Source of the DNA: Octopus vulgaris
Taxonomy: Eukaryota
Length of the DNA: 64,000 nt
NCBI GenBank assembly: GCA_951406725.2
Contig: OX597815.1
Span: 28,768,001-28,832,000, forward strand
Direction: 5' to 3'
Part shown: one piece after another, positions 41,501 through 54,149 of the stretch
How the letters are laid out: every line of letters begins with the position of its first letter
Position numbering within the stretch: position 1 is the stretch's first letter
Position numbers and translations under genes: made by a program
The notes under the pieces: model-generated
What the model was told of the DNA's origin: nothing
The model's input: only the letters and a program-made list of their open reading frames with translations
The model's database searches: none

Positions 41501-42019
41501 CGGAGTTAAACGCAGAAGTTATTCAAATCTTTATACTTCCGACTTATGCTTCGAGGAAAACATTGATATTATTCCGGAGGGAATAAAATGTCAAGCAAAG
41601 CAATCATCACGTCAGGAGAAAAAAGAGAAACAAAACACATCAATAAGCCATTTTAGCTGAATGTGATTACCGCGTAAATGATGAAGGGGAACGCTGGCAA
41701 GTTACTTTTTAAAAACCATTAATAGATTTAACGTCAAAGGCAATTTAAAGGAAGTGAAGAAAGAAATTAACAAAAAATTAAGAGTGGAGAAATATAGTGG
41801 GATAGATGAATAGGAATAAAGCTTAAAAGCGTGGAAATAGATATATGTAGTGGAAATGAAATGCAAGGAGACAGTTAAAGGTCAATTTTAAACATCAATG
41901 GAGTTTTATATCGTTATGATTGTCTACTCTACCTTCAAAATGTTTCTAATCAAAAATTACAAGGGGTTAAAAATAGGTTGGTTAAATTTTTCTGAAACAT
42001 TGTTTTCGATGATGATATA

Positions 42020-42535
42020 ACTAAAGCCAACTTTTTGGATATTACCCTTAACTTATATAATGGTTCATATTTCTCATACCATAAACCCTCAACTAATTTA
42101 AAATATATTAGCTCTTTCAGTAATCACTCTAAGGCTATTACAAGGAATTTAGTTAGGAATATTTCACTTAGACTTTCTAGATTATCTGCTAATGTTGATA
42201 TCATCAACGATAAAGCTGAATTTTATAACTCTGCCTTACTTAAAGCAGGCTATAAAGAAAAAATGCCTATTGACATTAATTCTACCTCTATTAATCAGGA
42301 CATGAAAACACGTCATAACGGTAATAACAATATAAATTTTATTTCGAATAACAAGACTAAATCGAAAAATGTAATTTTGCAGCGTAAGTGAGATAACCGT
42401 TCTTTAATTCCCTTTTTACGTTGTAAAAGTAAATCTAGGACCTTTAACGATAATTACCCTAATGACAAGGTATGTCCTAGTAAAAGTGTTTGGTTGATAA
42501 CTCCATATGGTGAGCAGATCAAATCCAACTTCCTT
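42020..42535 (+). pseudogene. Penelope-like element RT C-terminal remnant
   Basis: NFLDITLNLYNGSYFSYHKP..KYISSFSNHS..I..NISLRLSRLS..YNSALLKAGY, later VWLITPYGEQIKSN. Matches the PLE pattern FLD..Y.KP..Y+..SNHP..RLS..Y..AL..GY..WFNPPY. Confidence 0.85.
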
Positions 42536-42574
42536 TACGATATATACGCGTACATACACATATATATACATACA

Positions 42575-42631
<57 letters not shown>

Positions 42632-43727
42632 CATACATACATACACACCTACATACGTATACAGACTTGTACGTAATGCATTATGTATACGCGTGTTGCG
42701 CGTGTATGTGTATTTATAGGAATGCAAGCGGGTACATGTGAATATATGTTATTCTAGGTATAGATATTTTATATAACCACGGATTTATATATGAGCATTT
42801 GTGGATATTAATATATTTACACATAACCTGCCTCTACATGTGAACGGGTATATGCGTGTATGCGTGTATATATGTATACACTCACATACAATTATACGCA
42901 TGTGCAAGCCTACATGCATGCCTCTATGTATGCAATAATTTTTATATATGTAAAAATTAGATACAAATGAGTGTGTATATACAGGGGTGCACGTAAAATA
43001 CATGAGTTTTGTATGCGTATGTATGTGTTGGTGTGTTTAAATGTATATATACATGTTTAATATACGCATGTGTATACATCTTAACATATATATATATTCT
43101 TCTACTACTAAGCAACCTAACCTATATTCCCAAATTTTTCATTCCACCATTTTACTACCCCTACCCCCCTCTTTCTGCCCTTCACTGAGGCTCTATCACT
43201 ACATACACTCCTTTACTATTTACCCTCTCATCTCTTTACACTCCATATCTTTCTCTCTCTCTCTCACCCTTACTTCCCCATTCCTTCTATCAATTTACCC
43301 TGACTGACCACTAACCAGTACACTTTCCCTCTCTTCATTTCTTTGTTATCTCTCTCCCCACTTTTTTCCTCTCTTCCTTACAAACACATTCCCAATTTTT
43401 AAATCACTTCAAAAAAAACCTCGATCCAAGATCTCTATGCTTGGAATGACCAATTTTAAATATTATTGGAACTTACACACAAGCACAGGAAACTTATATG
43501 TATACCATTCTGCTTAAATAATGGAACTGCAGATGCAATATCTTTGCATATCTCACGTCTGTTTTCATTCCTCCACTTTACTCTCTATTTCATATCTTTT
43601 CTCGAATAACTATTCCTTAACCATTTTCTCACACAGATATATAAAATATCCTGGAAACAGCTGTAAGACCTCTTTATAAATGTTCTAGAATCTTTCACAG
43701 CCTTGGATTTTTATCTCATTCTGTTAA

Positions 43728-43812
<85 letters not shown>

Positions 43813-43819
43813 ATGTATG

Positions 43820-43853
<34 letters not shown>

Positions 43854-43868
43854 TGTATTTATGTATAT

Positions 43869-44643
43869 TAGAGGCGACTCCAGGTCATCAGCGTCATTCG
43901 AAATCACAGATTTCACATAAGACACATGCCTGCTCGAAGAATTTCACGTTTTTCTACAATATTTTAAGTCCCAAATGGCTTATTTTTTATAGATAGTACA
44001 ATGTCCTTCTCCATTTCTTAGTTAAGGGTAAAATTAAGGTAACCCTGCAAAACACAACTGATTTTTACACACAGACACACTGAATAACAGCAATCAAATA
44101 ACGACAGCGGAGTGATCAACAAACATCAGCGATCTGACTGTCGCCTGTACTCTTGACAAGAGATGCCAGTTAGTCTTTTACACCTACTAGGCTCGTTCGT
44201 ATTAGCCTGGATAATTTTTCGTCTCTTTAAGAATATTGTAGAACGGAAATTTTCATAGATTGGAATTTAAAACCTAATCTCTGTAGAAATTTATTGCTTC
44301 AAGAAAACATTGAATTTGAATAACTTTTAACTTTTACGATTATAGATAACAACTCGGGCTGTAACTTCTGAGATCGAGTCAGGCGCGTGTGAACGATGTC
44401 GAGGGAACGTTCGCTACGAATGATATTTCTTGACACAGGGCACTTCGAAGACGATCGCCAGACTCTGAACAAAAATAAATGAACAGCGACCAGGCTCAAT
44501 AAAAGGAGCCAGAGTTATTGGTTGCAATTACATGCTTGAAGTCAGTGTTGGCAGAAATTAAATCGGCTTGCAAATACAAGTTCACTTTACTAAATTTATA
44601 CTCGGGCTAAACCCGAACAGCCCGAGTGCCGGAGTCGCCACTG
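43869..44643. mobile_element. possible non-autonomous hAT-like element
   Basis: Imperfect TIR TAGAGGCGACTCC / GGAGTCGCCACTG and subterminal palindrome ACTCGGGCT..AGCCCGAGT. No convincing 8-bp TSD. Confidence 0.4.
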
Positions 44644-45195
44644 ATACTCGGTTTCATGCCTTTAACGATAAGACTGAGAACTTCGTATTAGGACTCGAGC
44701 AAACAAAACAATACAGGGTTGACGTAAGACAGTAAACAAATGTCATTTGAAACGATAGACGAAGACAATAAATAAAGCCATTCGGCCAAACACGAGAGTG
44801 ATGGGTAACGCCTAGAAGAAATCCTCAAACGGATATAAAAAAGAATTAGTAACATATATATATATGTATGTATATATAAAAGTATATATATGTGTGTGTG
44901 TGTGTATAAACACATACACACACACATATATATGCATGGCCTATTGGTTTGGATGTTGCATTCAAGATCGTGTTGCATTCCTAGACCAGGTGGTGCGTTG
45001 TGTTCTTGAGTAAAATATTTCACCTCCCGTTGCTCTGCAATCACTTCGACAGGTGCACAAATCGTTAAGAAACGATTTGATGAAAAGAGTGAGCTAATGT
45101 ACAGGATACACATTTGATCACTATAATTTTCTTGTGCAGGTCGTTCTACAGGAGAGTCCACTATTATGTTATATTATATATTATATTATATTATA

Positions 45196-45519
45196 CTAGC
45201 ACTATGAGCCGGCAACGCCAGGTCATAGTGCTAGTGCATGCATACACAGCTGCGTGCGTGCGCACATACACGTGAGTACTGTCCAAATCTCCGACCAATC
45301 ACATACTGCTAGCTGGTATTCAATTGGCGTATCAAGTTTCGGGCATTTTGATTGGGTTTTGGATAGAAAATTCACAAAAAAGTCACTTCTATTGATTTTT
45401 TAATGGCTTTGTGGGATGACTGGGGAAATGTAAAGATGTGCACAACCACCCTTGGATGGTTTTGAATGTCCATAGACATTGTGGATTTGTATAAAGGATA
45501 CACACACAGACATTTTGCC

Positions 45520-45530
<11 letters not shown>
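45196..45530 (-). mobile_element. non-autonomous Helitron
   Basis: Reverse complement starts TATATATAAACGGCAAAATGTCTGTGTGTG and ends in a hairpin (GGCGTTGCC) plus CTAG|T. Confidence 0.75.
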
Positions 45531-45599
<69 letters not shown>

Positions 45600-45833
45600 T
45601 GGTTGTCTACTCCTTATACAGAGTTTGACCACCTCCTGTACCTACACCTTAGCATCATCATGGCGCCTGATGTGGCTTTTTAAACTAGACAATGTTCTGA
45701 AAAGACACTCACATAGATTGCACCTCTGACTTGGACCACCAATACCTGCAGATAAGTTAAAGAGGACAACAAATGCTGAGGCAAGACAAACACCTCAAGT
45801 CATATACGTTATTATTATTGGAAAAATTTTACA

Positions 45834-45889
45834 GTCTTACAGCTGTTTCTGGGATATGCCAAAATATAGGATATTCCGTTATCGGAGAC
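45834..45889 (-). ncRNA. decayed hammerhead motif (PLE 3' end-like)
   Basis: Reverse complement: GTCT-CCGATAA-[GGAATAT..ATATCCC]-GAAA-CAGCTG-TA-AGAC. The same 3' half GAAACAGCTGTAAGAC occurs on + at ~43654. Confidence 0.55.
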
Positions 45890-46152
45890 AAATATGGAAA
45901 ATGTGAAGGATATAGAGGACTGGAGAAAAGGAATAAAGAAAAGAAGAACAAGGAGCATAAAAGTTCACAGTTCAACTTTCCGATAGTGTAAATGTTCGTT
46001 CGTAGGTCCTTAGGTGCAATCCTATGTAAATTTATGTATGGTTATAGCCTTCATAGTGTAAATATCGAGAGATATACGCGAACATATCGAAGGTTCTCTT
46101 TATCTCTCATTCCCTCCCTCTCAGTATATACATACATACACAAATATATATA

Positions 46153-46204
<52 letters not shown>

Positions 46205-46211
<7 letters not shown>

Positions 46212-46380
46212 TAAAATTTTGGGTATCTAAGAGATACCACGTTGAAAATAGCAGTCAAAACCTGTCTCTAAAACCACATTAAATGTTCATAATTATTACC
46301 TTTGAAGGTTTTTATTCCCATGCTGGCCACTTGATAGGATCGATATTTAAATTAACGATCTTATCCTTATTTATATAAAT
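46205..46380 (+). mobile_element. internally deleted relative of the 16793 element, inside (TA)n
   Basis: Left arm (GGGTATCTAAGAGATACCAC..CCACATTAAATGTTCATA) is fused directly to the tail (ATAATTATTACCTTTG..CCACTTGATA..TTATCCTTATTT). Confidence 0.8.
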
Positions 46381-46383
46381 TTA

Positions 46384-46419
<36 letters not shown>

Positions 46420-47549
46420 TGTGTGTGTGTATGTATGCATATATGTATATATATATGCATATCTACTACATATGTGGAAAATTCTCTCTGTAGGTGGGTT
46501 AGCTAACGCCACATACATCGTTTTAACATTTTGATGAAACTTCACACGTGAGTAGAACTCATGTCTGGAAACCTCAAGGCATACTCAGATTGATGAAAAA
46601 AATCGATAATAGGGCTCCTAGAAGAGATCCCTATATGTATCTAATATATTTTATTTTAAAAACCAAGGGAAATGACCCATTCACCCCTTGAAGGGATCCC
46701 TATATATAGCCATTCATTTTCCTACATTATTTGGTAAAAGTGAAATTGAGTATGCTTATTTTTTAGTATTTCAACTGTTAGAGTTATTTATCCAGTACAA
46801 CCCTTAAACAAGTAAATAGCATTTTCCTAAACAATAGATCCACTTATTTTGTTTAGTGGCTTATTCACGAGTATACCAACACTAGCGTCCCTGAGGGTAA
46901 TATACTCTGGGAAAGCCCTTTTCAGAGTTTTTTTTTTTTTGAATTGTTATTATCTCATATCTGATTAGCCTGTTATTATGTAAAAAGCTTCACGATTATA
47001 GTATACATACCTTATTAGTATTTCCTCCTATGTTCTATATACTCTGGGAACGCCTTAAAGCCTTTGTCGGGGCTACTTTATTTGAATTCTTACTATCGGG
47101 TAACTAATTTCATGTTATTCATACATACTCATATATATATATATATATATATATATACGCACATATATATATGGCTGCTGTTGTATCTGGTTTGGTTTCA
47201 GAAGTTTAAACGTCAGAGCGAAATAGGTAACAGGAGAATTGATATTTTCTTGATGATTATAAACTTGATGCCAGTCGTCATGAGTTACACCCATGTCTAC
47301 TGGTGAAAAGATCTACTGGATTCCACTGTATTTCAGCGAGTATGTAATTTCAGTAAGTGCTTATTGTTTCAAGCGGTTAGACATAAATAATTCGCCCTGG
47401 ACGGTGGAGACACTGTAACTAAATATGCCACTTTCTATTTCCCAGCTAGACGACATCGATAATTTCATTCTTATTAATTAGGTTAGTTTTGATTGAGAAC
47501 ATCACTAAAGATAATGGACTGTTTACAAAACGTAAGATTCTTGACGAAT

Positions 47550-47968
47550 AGTGCTTGTAGTTAAGAAACTTGCTTTGCGACTAAATTGTTTCGGGTTCAG
47601 TCCCACTGCGCAACATCATGGGTAAATATCTTTTACTATAGCCCCGAGCCGACCAATGGCTTGTCAATAAATCTAGTAGACGGAGACTATGTGAACGCCC
47701 GCTGTATATACTGCGTGTAGAAGGCGGTGAGCTGACAGAAACGTTAGCACGTCGGGTGAAATGTGTAGGCGTATTTCGTCTGCCGTTACGTTCTGAGTTC
47801 AAATTCCGCCGTGGTCGACTTTGCCTTTCATCCTTTCGGGGTCGATAAATTAAGTACCAGTTACGCACTGGGGTCGATGTAATCGACTTAATCCGTTTGT
47901 CTGTCCTTGTTTGTCCCCTCTGTGTTCAGCCCCTTGTGGGTAGTAAAGAAATATGTATATACTGCGTG

Positions 47969-48020
<52 letters not shown>

Positions 48021-48190
48021 TTCGTGTGTGTGTGTGCGTGTTTGTTACTGTGCTTCATAACTGGTGTTGGTTTGCTTACATCCCGTAATTTAACAGCTCG
48101 GCAAAACAAACCGATAGAATAAGTACCAGATTTTTAAAAATAAGTATTGGGATCGATCTATTCGACTAAAGCCCTTCATGGCATCATGGC
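47550..48190 (+). mobile_element. family-2 SINE with a nested family-1 SINE (47719-47953)
   Basis: 16-bp TSD TGTATATACTGCGTGT at 47703 and 47954. Confidence 0.88.
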
Positions 48191-48695
48191 CAGATGTATG
48201 GGGATGGGGGCGAAGTTCAGCCTATCCTCTTGAAACCGGAATAATATATTAATAAAATATAATATAGTAGAAACAAAGATGAAATTGTCACGGCTGTACT
48301 TCAGATAAAACACAAAACTAAGATGTCTTGGAGGCTGAAGTGATGTTTCTAATTGTTTTTCTTTCGGTAGATAAAAACTGCCATTTCAAGTTACTCTTCC
48401 TGTGTTTATTCAGCCAAAGGGTTGAATAAACCATATCAGACAAAACTCGGAGTTTCATACAAACAATACATACTCACATACTCAAACACACACATAGTGT
48501 ACTGTTTCATTATTGGAGGAATCAGCAAAAGTGTACTTAGTCCTGCAAGGGACAAATATACTTTAATACAGACAGTGTTTAAATGCAAACAACTCTCAGA
48601 GCATGGAACTTACAGCAGCTTCTGCGTATATTAAATGTGTGCGTGTGTGTGTGTGTGTGAAAGAGAGAGTGATAGAATATGCGCATGTATGTATA

Positions 48696-48752
<57 letters not shown>

Positions 48753-48756
<4 letters not shown>

Positions 48757-49306
48757 GGAAAGTTTACGAAAATAAATAAAAGACGAAGGCAGGTGGTGTA
48801 CAAACAAACATATGTATTAGTATAGCGCTCAGGAATAGAAAAAGTCTTTTACGTTTCGATCCTACGCTCTTCTACAGAAATATACACAGAAAAAAACAAA
48901 AAGAGAAACAAGGAGAGAAAAAAACACATATTAGTTTCAAATTTTGGCACAAGGCTAGCAATTTCGAAGAGGGGTTAAGTCGATTACGTCGATCCCTGTG
49001 CTAATCGGGTACTTAATTTATCAACCCCAAAAGGATGAAAGGCAAAGACAACCTCGACAGAATTTGAACTTGGATGTAAAGGCGGACGAAATGCTGCTAA
49101 GCATTTTGCTCAGCGTGCTATGATAGATCGGTAGCCACTACACACATTTTTTTCTCTCCTTGCTTCTTTCTGTGTTCCTTTCTGTGGAAGAGCGTAGGCT
49201 CGAAACGTAAAAGACTTTTTTCAATTCCCGAGCGTTAAACTAATACATCTGTTTGTTGTTTACACACCCGTCTTCGTCTTTTGTGTTTTTTCGTGAATTC
49301 TCCCCT

Positions 49307-49308
<2 letters not shown>
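48753..49308. mobile_element. inverted pair of HHR-bearing arms flanking a SINE fragment, inside (TA)n
   Basis: Arms at ~48753-48925 and ~49141-49308. HHR-like motifs at 48846-48881 (-) and 49178-49213 (+). Family-1 SINE piece at 48930-49119. Confidence 0.75.
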
Positions 49309-49374
<66 letters not shown>

Positions 49375-50282
49375 TATCGGTAACAAATAGTTAGTGATAT
49401 ACAGTGTTTTATTCCGTTCTTATTTCTACATTCATTTCTGGCGTTCAGGGAAGTTCATGTATCACTGTAGTTCTTCACAGTGTAATTAACTTCTTTCCTC
49501 CTCCTAAGTTTTCATACCTATGAAATAGATTCTATCATTAATTACTGCAACAAAGAAGCATATTGCAATGTTTCCGAGTAATTTTATCTTTGTGGTGTTG
49601 CTTTTCTGATAATTTTTCTATTTGATTTTGATTTTTCTAGTAAATTCTTCATCTCAACCAAAATGAAACGTGTTGCTATGGTCATTTATCAAAGTCTCTC
49701 CTTGATGTCTATAGTAAGGGATCGAGGTTCATTAAAGGGGGATAGCACAAACAGGAATGCAGAAAATAAGATGTCTCATGCTTTCTTCATCAGAACCAAG
49801 GTGTTCTACATTCAAATCCTGATTGGGTTGACCTCGTCTCGCATTCAGCTAGAATTGATAAAATGTAGATAATGCTGCCAATTACAATCACTATATCCTG
49901 TGCCCTTTGAAAAAGGAAATTACAAATCGCTCAACCACATTTGTATCGATCTAGCCTTTTTAATACACACGTGCCTGCGCTTGCGCACGAACACACACAC
50001 ACACATCATTACATGGTGCATCAATTATAGAGAATAATATAAAGAGTAGATACACAGAAACATTTTAATTATCTCTCTGTTCAGATTTTGATATACGAAT
50101 GAAGCGTTTCTTACGCTCAGGTATCTTGTATTTGACCTTTAATTAATAAAGCATAATTTGCTGGGTTTCTTGGGAGTGGATGTATGTACTTATGTATGTG
50201 TGTGTGTGTGTGTACATATATATGTATACCTATATACAGATGCATACATATATGTGTGTCTTTGTGTGTACATACGTATATA

Positions 50283-50340
<58 letters not shown>

Positions 50341-50346
<6 letters not shown>

Positions 50347-50808
50347 TCAAAATTACTAATTATCTCTAAAAGAGAACACGGCAGCGTTCCTGGAAGTTAA
50401 TAGTTATCGCCATACTAATATGGCATTCTTATAAAAATAAGAATAAAGCTGTCCGCTTATTAGCTCCATGAGGCCATCGCCTTAAGTTAGCTATTTGATA
50501 CACAAACTGTATCCATATAACCTTCGAACAAGGGAGGTCAGTCGCTCCACACTACTTGATCGACAGCTACAGACGCGTTTCGGGGTATTGCCCCTTGTCA
50601 ATGTAGCGTAGTCAGACCAGTAGGTGTCGCTTCCGACTATCTCTGTTCGAAGGTTTTATTTACCTAGTTTCGGTGGAATACATCCACTTGTTTTCAATAA
50701 TAGAAATATTAAAATTACTAAGTCTCTCTAAAAGAGAACACGGCAGCGTTCCTGGAAGTTAATAGTTATCGCCATACTAATATGGCATTCTTATAAAAAT
50801 AAGAATAA
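50341..50808 (-). mobile_element. retrozyme-like element: 362-bp unit with 106-bp direct repeats, inside (TA)n
   Basis: Direct repeats at 50341-50446 and 50703-50808 (3 mismatches), an internal hammerhead and long self-complementarity. Confidence 0.8.
50566..50607 (-). ncRNA. type-I hammerhead ribozyme, U3-A8 variant
   Basis: Reverse complement: GCTACA-TTGACAA-GGGG caata CCCC-GAAA-CGCG-TC-TGTAGC. All helices are perfect and the cleavage triplet is GUC. Confidence 0.85.
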
Positions 50809-51207
50809 TATATATATATTTATATATATGTGTGTGTGTGTGTGTATTGATGTACGTATGTATGTGTGTATGCATACATGTATGTATGCATGTATGCTCG
50901 GTAACGATACATATGTACCTCACTGATTGCATCACTATCAGCTTTCTCTATCCTTCGGTGTGCGTGTGTCTCTTGATACATGTGTATATGTAAATACATT
51001 TTTTTTAAACATATAAGTTTTTGTGTGAAGAAATATGTATGCTCAGTTAGCGGTTCAAATACGCGACGTTAAAAACATAGTAAAGGTAATATGCAGAAGC
51101 AATCATTTGTAAAATATATGTAAACTTCCTATTTACGTTATATTTCTGAATATATTCCAAGCAGATTGGTGCTGTGTATCTCGATAAAAGTATTATGAAA
51201 AGACTTT

Positions 51208-51628
51208 GGCTGTGTGGTAAGTAGCTTGCCTACCAACCACATGGTTCCGGGTTCAGTCCCACTGCGTGGCACCTTGGGCAAGTGTCTTCTACTATAGCCT
51301 CGGGCCGACCAAAGCCTTGTGAGTGGATTTGGTAGACGGAAACTGAAAGAAGCCCGTCGTATATATGTATATATGTATATATATATATATATGCGTGCGT
51401 GTACGTTTGTGTGTCTGTGTTTGTCCACCTAGCATTGCTTGACAACCGATACTGGTGTGTTTATGTCCCCGTAACTTAGCGGTTCGGCAAAAGAGACCGA
51501 TAGAATAAGTACTGGGCTTACAAAGAATAAGTCCCGGGGTCGAGTTGCTCGACTAAAGGCGGTGCTCCAGCATGGCCGCAGTCAACTGACTGAAACAAGT
51601 AAAAGAGTAAAAGAGTAAAAGAGTAAGA
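51208..51628 (+). mobile_element. SINE family 2
   Basis: Near-identical to 5562-6055, with (AAAAGAGT)n tail. Confidence 0.92.
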
Positions 51629-51945
51629 GATGATAGAGAACGGCAACATTTGTTGACGGAACATTATCATAGAGTTAAAGAAGTTATTGCAGTTAGCGAA
51701 ATATGAAGTCATATGTCAGTGTTAGATCAATGAAAGATGGACTGTGTGCAGCGAAGTAAATGTAATTGAAAAACTAACGAGTGAAGTGTTTTGGGACTGA
51801 TGAATTCGAAAGCGGCGTCACAGATGCTGCAGAAACGTTTGGGTATTCTTTTAAATAATAATTTTAAAAAATACGAAGAAAGAAGAAAAGGAAAAGTTAG
51901 TGAGGGGAAACATATCAAAATATGGGTTTTAAAAATAGCAATATT

Positions 51946-52546
51946 TATTTCTTTATTGCCCACAGGGGGCTAAACATAGAGGGGACAAACAAGGACAAAG
52001 GAATTAAGTCGATTATATCGACCCCCAGTACGTAACTGGTACTTATTTAATCGACTCCGGAAGGATGAAAGTCAAAGTCGACCTCGGCGGAATTCGAACT
52101 CAGAACGTAACGGTAGACAAAATACCTATTTCTTTACTACCCACAATGGGCTGAAAACAGAGAGGACAAACAAGGACAGACACACGGATTAAATCGATTA
52201 CATCGACCCCAGTACGTAACTGGTACTTGTTTAATCGACCCCGGAAGGATGAAAGGCAAAGTCGACCTCGGCGGAATTCGAACTCAGAACGTAACGGTAG
52301 ACAAAATACCTATTTCTTTACTAACCACAAGGGGCTGAAAACAGAGAGGACAAACAAGGACAGACACACGGATTAAATCGATTACATCGACCCCAGTGTG
52401 TAACTGGTACTTATTTAATCGACTCCGAAAAGATGAAAGGCAAAGTCGACCTCGGCGGAATTTGAACTCAGAACGTAGCGGCAGACGAAATACCTCTAAG
52501 CATTTCGCCCGGCATGCTTAACGGTTCTACCAGCTCGCTGCCTTTG
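51946..52546 (-). mobile_element. SINE family 1 trimer
   Basis: One full unit plus two ~184-bp units, with a single 14-bp TSD AAAATAGCAATATT (51932, 52547). Confidence 0.9.
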
Positions 52547-54149
52547 AAAATAGCAATATTATGACATTTTTACCCATTTTTCTCTTAGATAGTCCATCAC
52601 ATACAAGCTGTCTATTTTAATAATTGTTTCTAACGTATGTGCAAGGCCTGAAACGTGATAGAAAAGGGAGTTTAATTGATTAATTCAGTTCTAGTACTCG
52701 ACTGGTGCATTATTATATCGACTCCTGAAAGATGAACATAAAAATTCACTTTGGGCGTATTTGAACTCAGGATGTAGAAAGCCATGAGAGATACTGCAAC
52801 GGATTTTTCTAACCCTTCTATTCTGCCGGCTAGATATATAGTGATGGTCATCGTACACATTCACCTTTAAAAGTTTCCTCTTTCTTTTTTCATAGAAACA
52901 TTTACTAGCCTTTCAACTAAACCAAGGCTAGTAAAGTCATATATGCGTGCCGGTTTTATCGTATAATGAACCGTTATTAAGATATTAAAATGCTTGTTTA
53001 CCAGATGCTTTACAAAAGATATAAGCTGAATTGATCAGAAGAGACAAAATGCGAAAATGATCTCCACAGTCTGTCAATGAAAAGGAAACTTTGGTCGAAG
53101 TTTAGAAATATATCACAAGAAAAAGGAGTTTAACAAAATGTCAAATAGATTTGATACATAAAATTACAAGACATATAAGAGAAAGAAACACTTCAGAGCA
53201 TTCAGTAAACTTGTGAGTTTCTTAGAAATATATATATAAGAACGAAAAAACATAAGATAATAAAATCAGTGAGAAATGGTGTAGACGGGCGTTGTTGTTT
53301 GTTGATACCTGAAAAGTTTTGTATCAAATCATTGAAAAATCATAGAAACAGGTGTCTTATGGGTGGAAACTAAAGATCACTTTCAAACAGTAAAATAAAC
53401 TGGGTGGGGAAGCAGGCGTCAAATGTGTGAGAAACTTACAATGTGTCTCAAAGCAACGGGAAATGAAAAGTGTCAAATTTTGAGAAAACAAAGATGAAAC
53501 ATCCTCCCAGAAATACGGAGTAAATGTTATCAAGTTACTTTGAAGTCATTCTCTTAATCTACTATTCTATAGAATACATTTTACCTCTCTGAGATATAAA
53601 AAAAAAAAAAAAAATTAAAAGCACCTTCTCATATATTCGTTCCTTCACGAGTCTTTAACATTTGTTGTTAAGACTTAGCTCTAAAGTGGGGCGGAACCCA
53701 ACGTCTTTATTGTCAAATGATGGATGAGAGAAAGAATAAAGTTAGTGCTTTCAATGTTATTTCTAAATGTTCCTATGTGTTTCTACTGCTTCCTTGACAA
53801 ACCCCTGCCCCGTATCTTCTATAGACAGCCTTTCATTTTCTAATATTGTGTAATTTCTTTGGTGGGTGGATGATATAGTGGTAAATTGTAAACGAACATT
53901 GTTCGCAGTTTCCTCTAAAGCATATCCCCTGTACCTACACTATATTAATGCCTAATATATTAGCTGTGGCAGAGACGCCACAACTTCTAATTTTCATTCC
54001 AATAAATAAAACTCAGCGCTTGAAAGAGAAATATATTTACATTTAGTGTTTAGTCTTCATTATTTATTTGTTTCAGTTAGAGGTTGTGACCCAGCTGGGG
54101 CACCGCCTTGAAGGGCTTAGTCGAACAAATCGATGTGAGCAGCTCAATC

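Noticed and set aside
46460-47090. Possible non-autonomous Helitron starting TCTACTA
   Set aside because: No clear 3' hairpin plus CTRR end found.
51794-51845. CTGATGA..GAAA hammerhead-like core
   Set aside because: No stem II and no complementary stem I in either register.
51946-52546. Regular repeats as a CRISPR array
   Set aside because: The units are ~184-bp SINE copies with no unique spacers, in a eukaryotic context with no cas genes.
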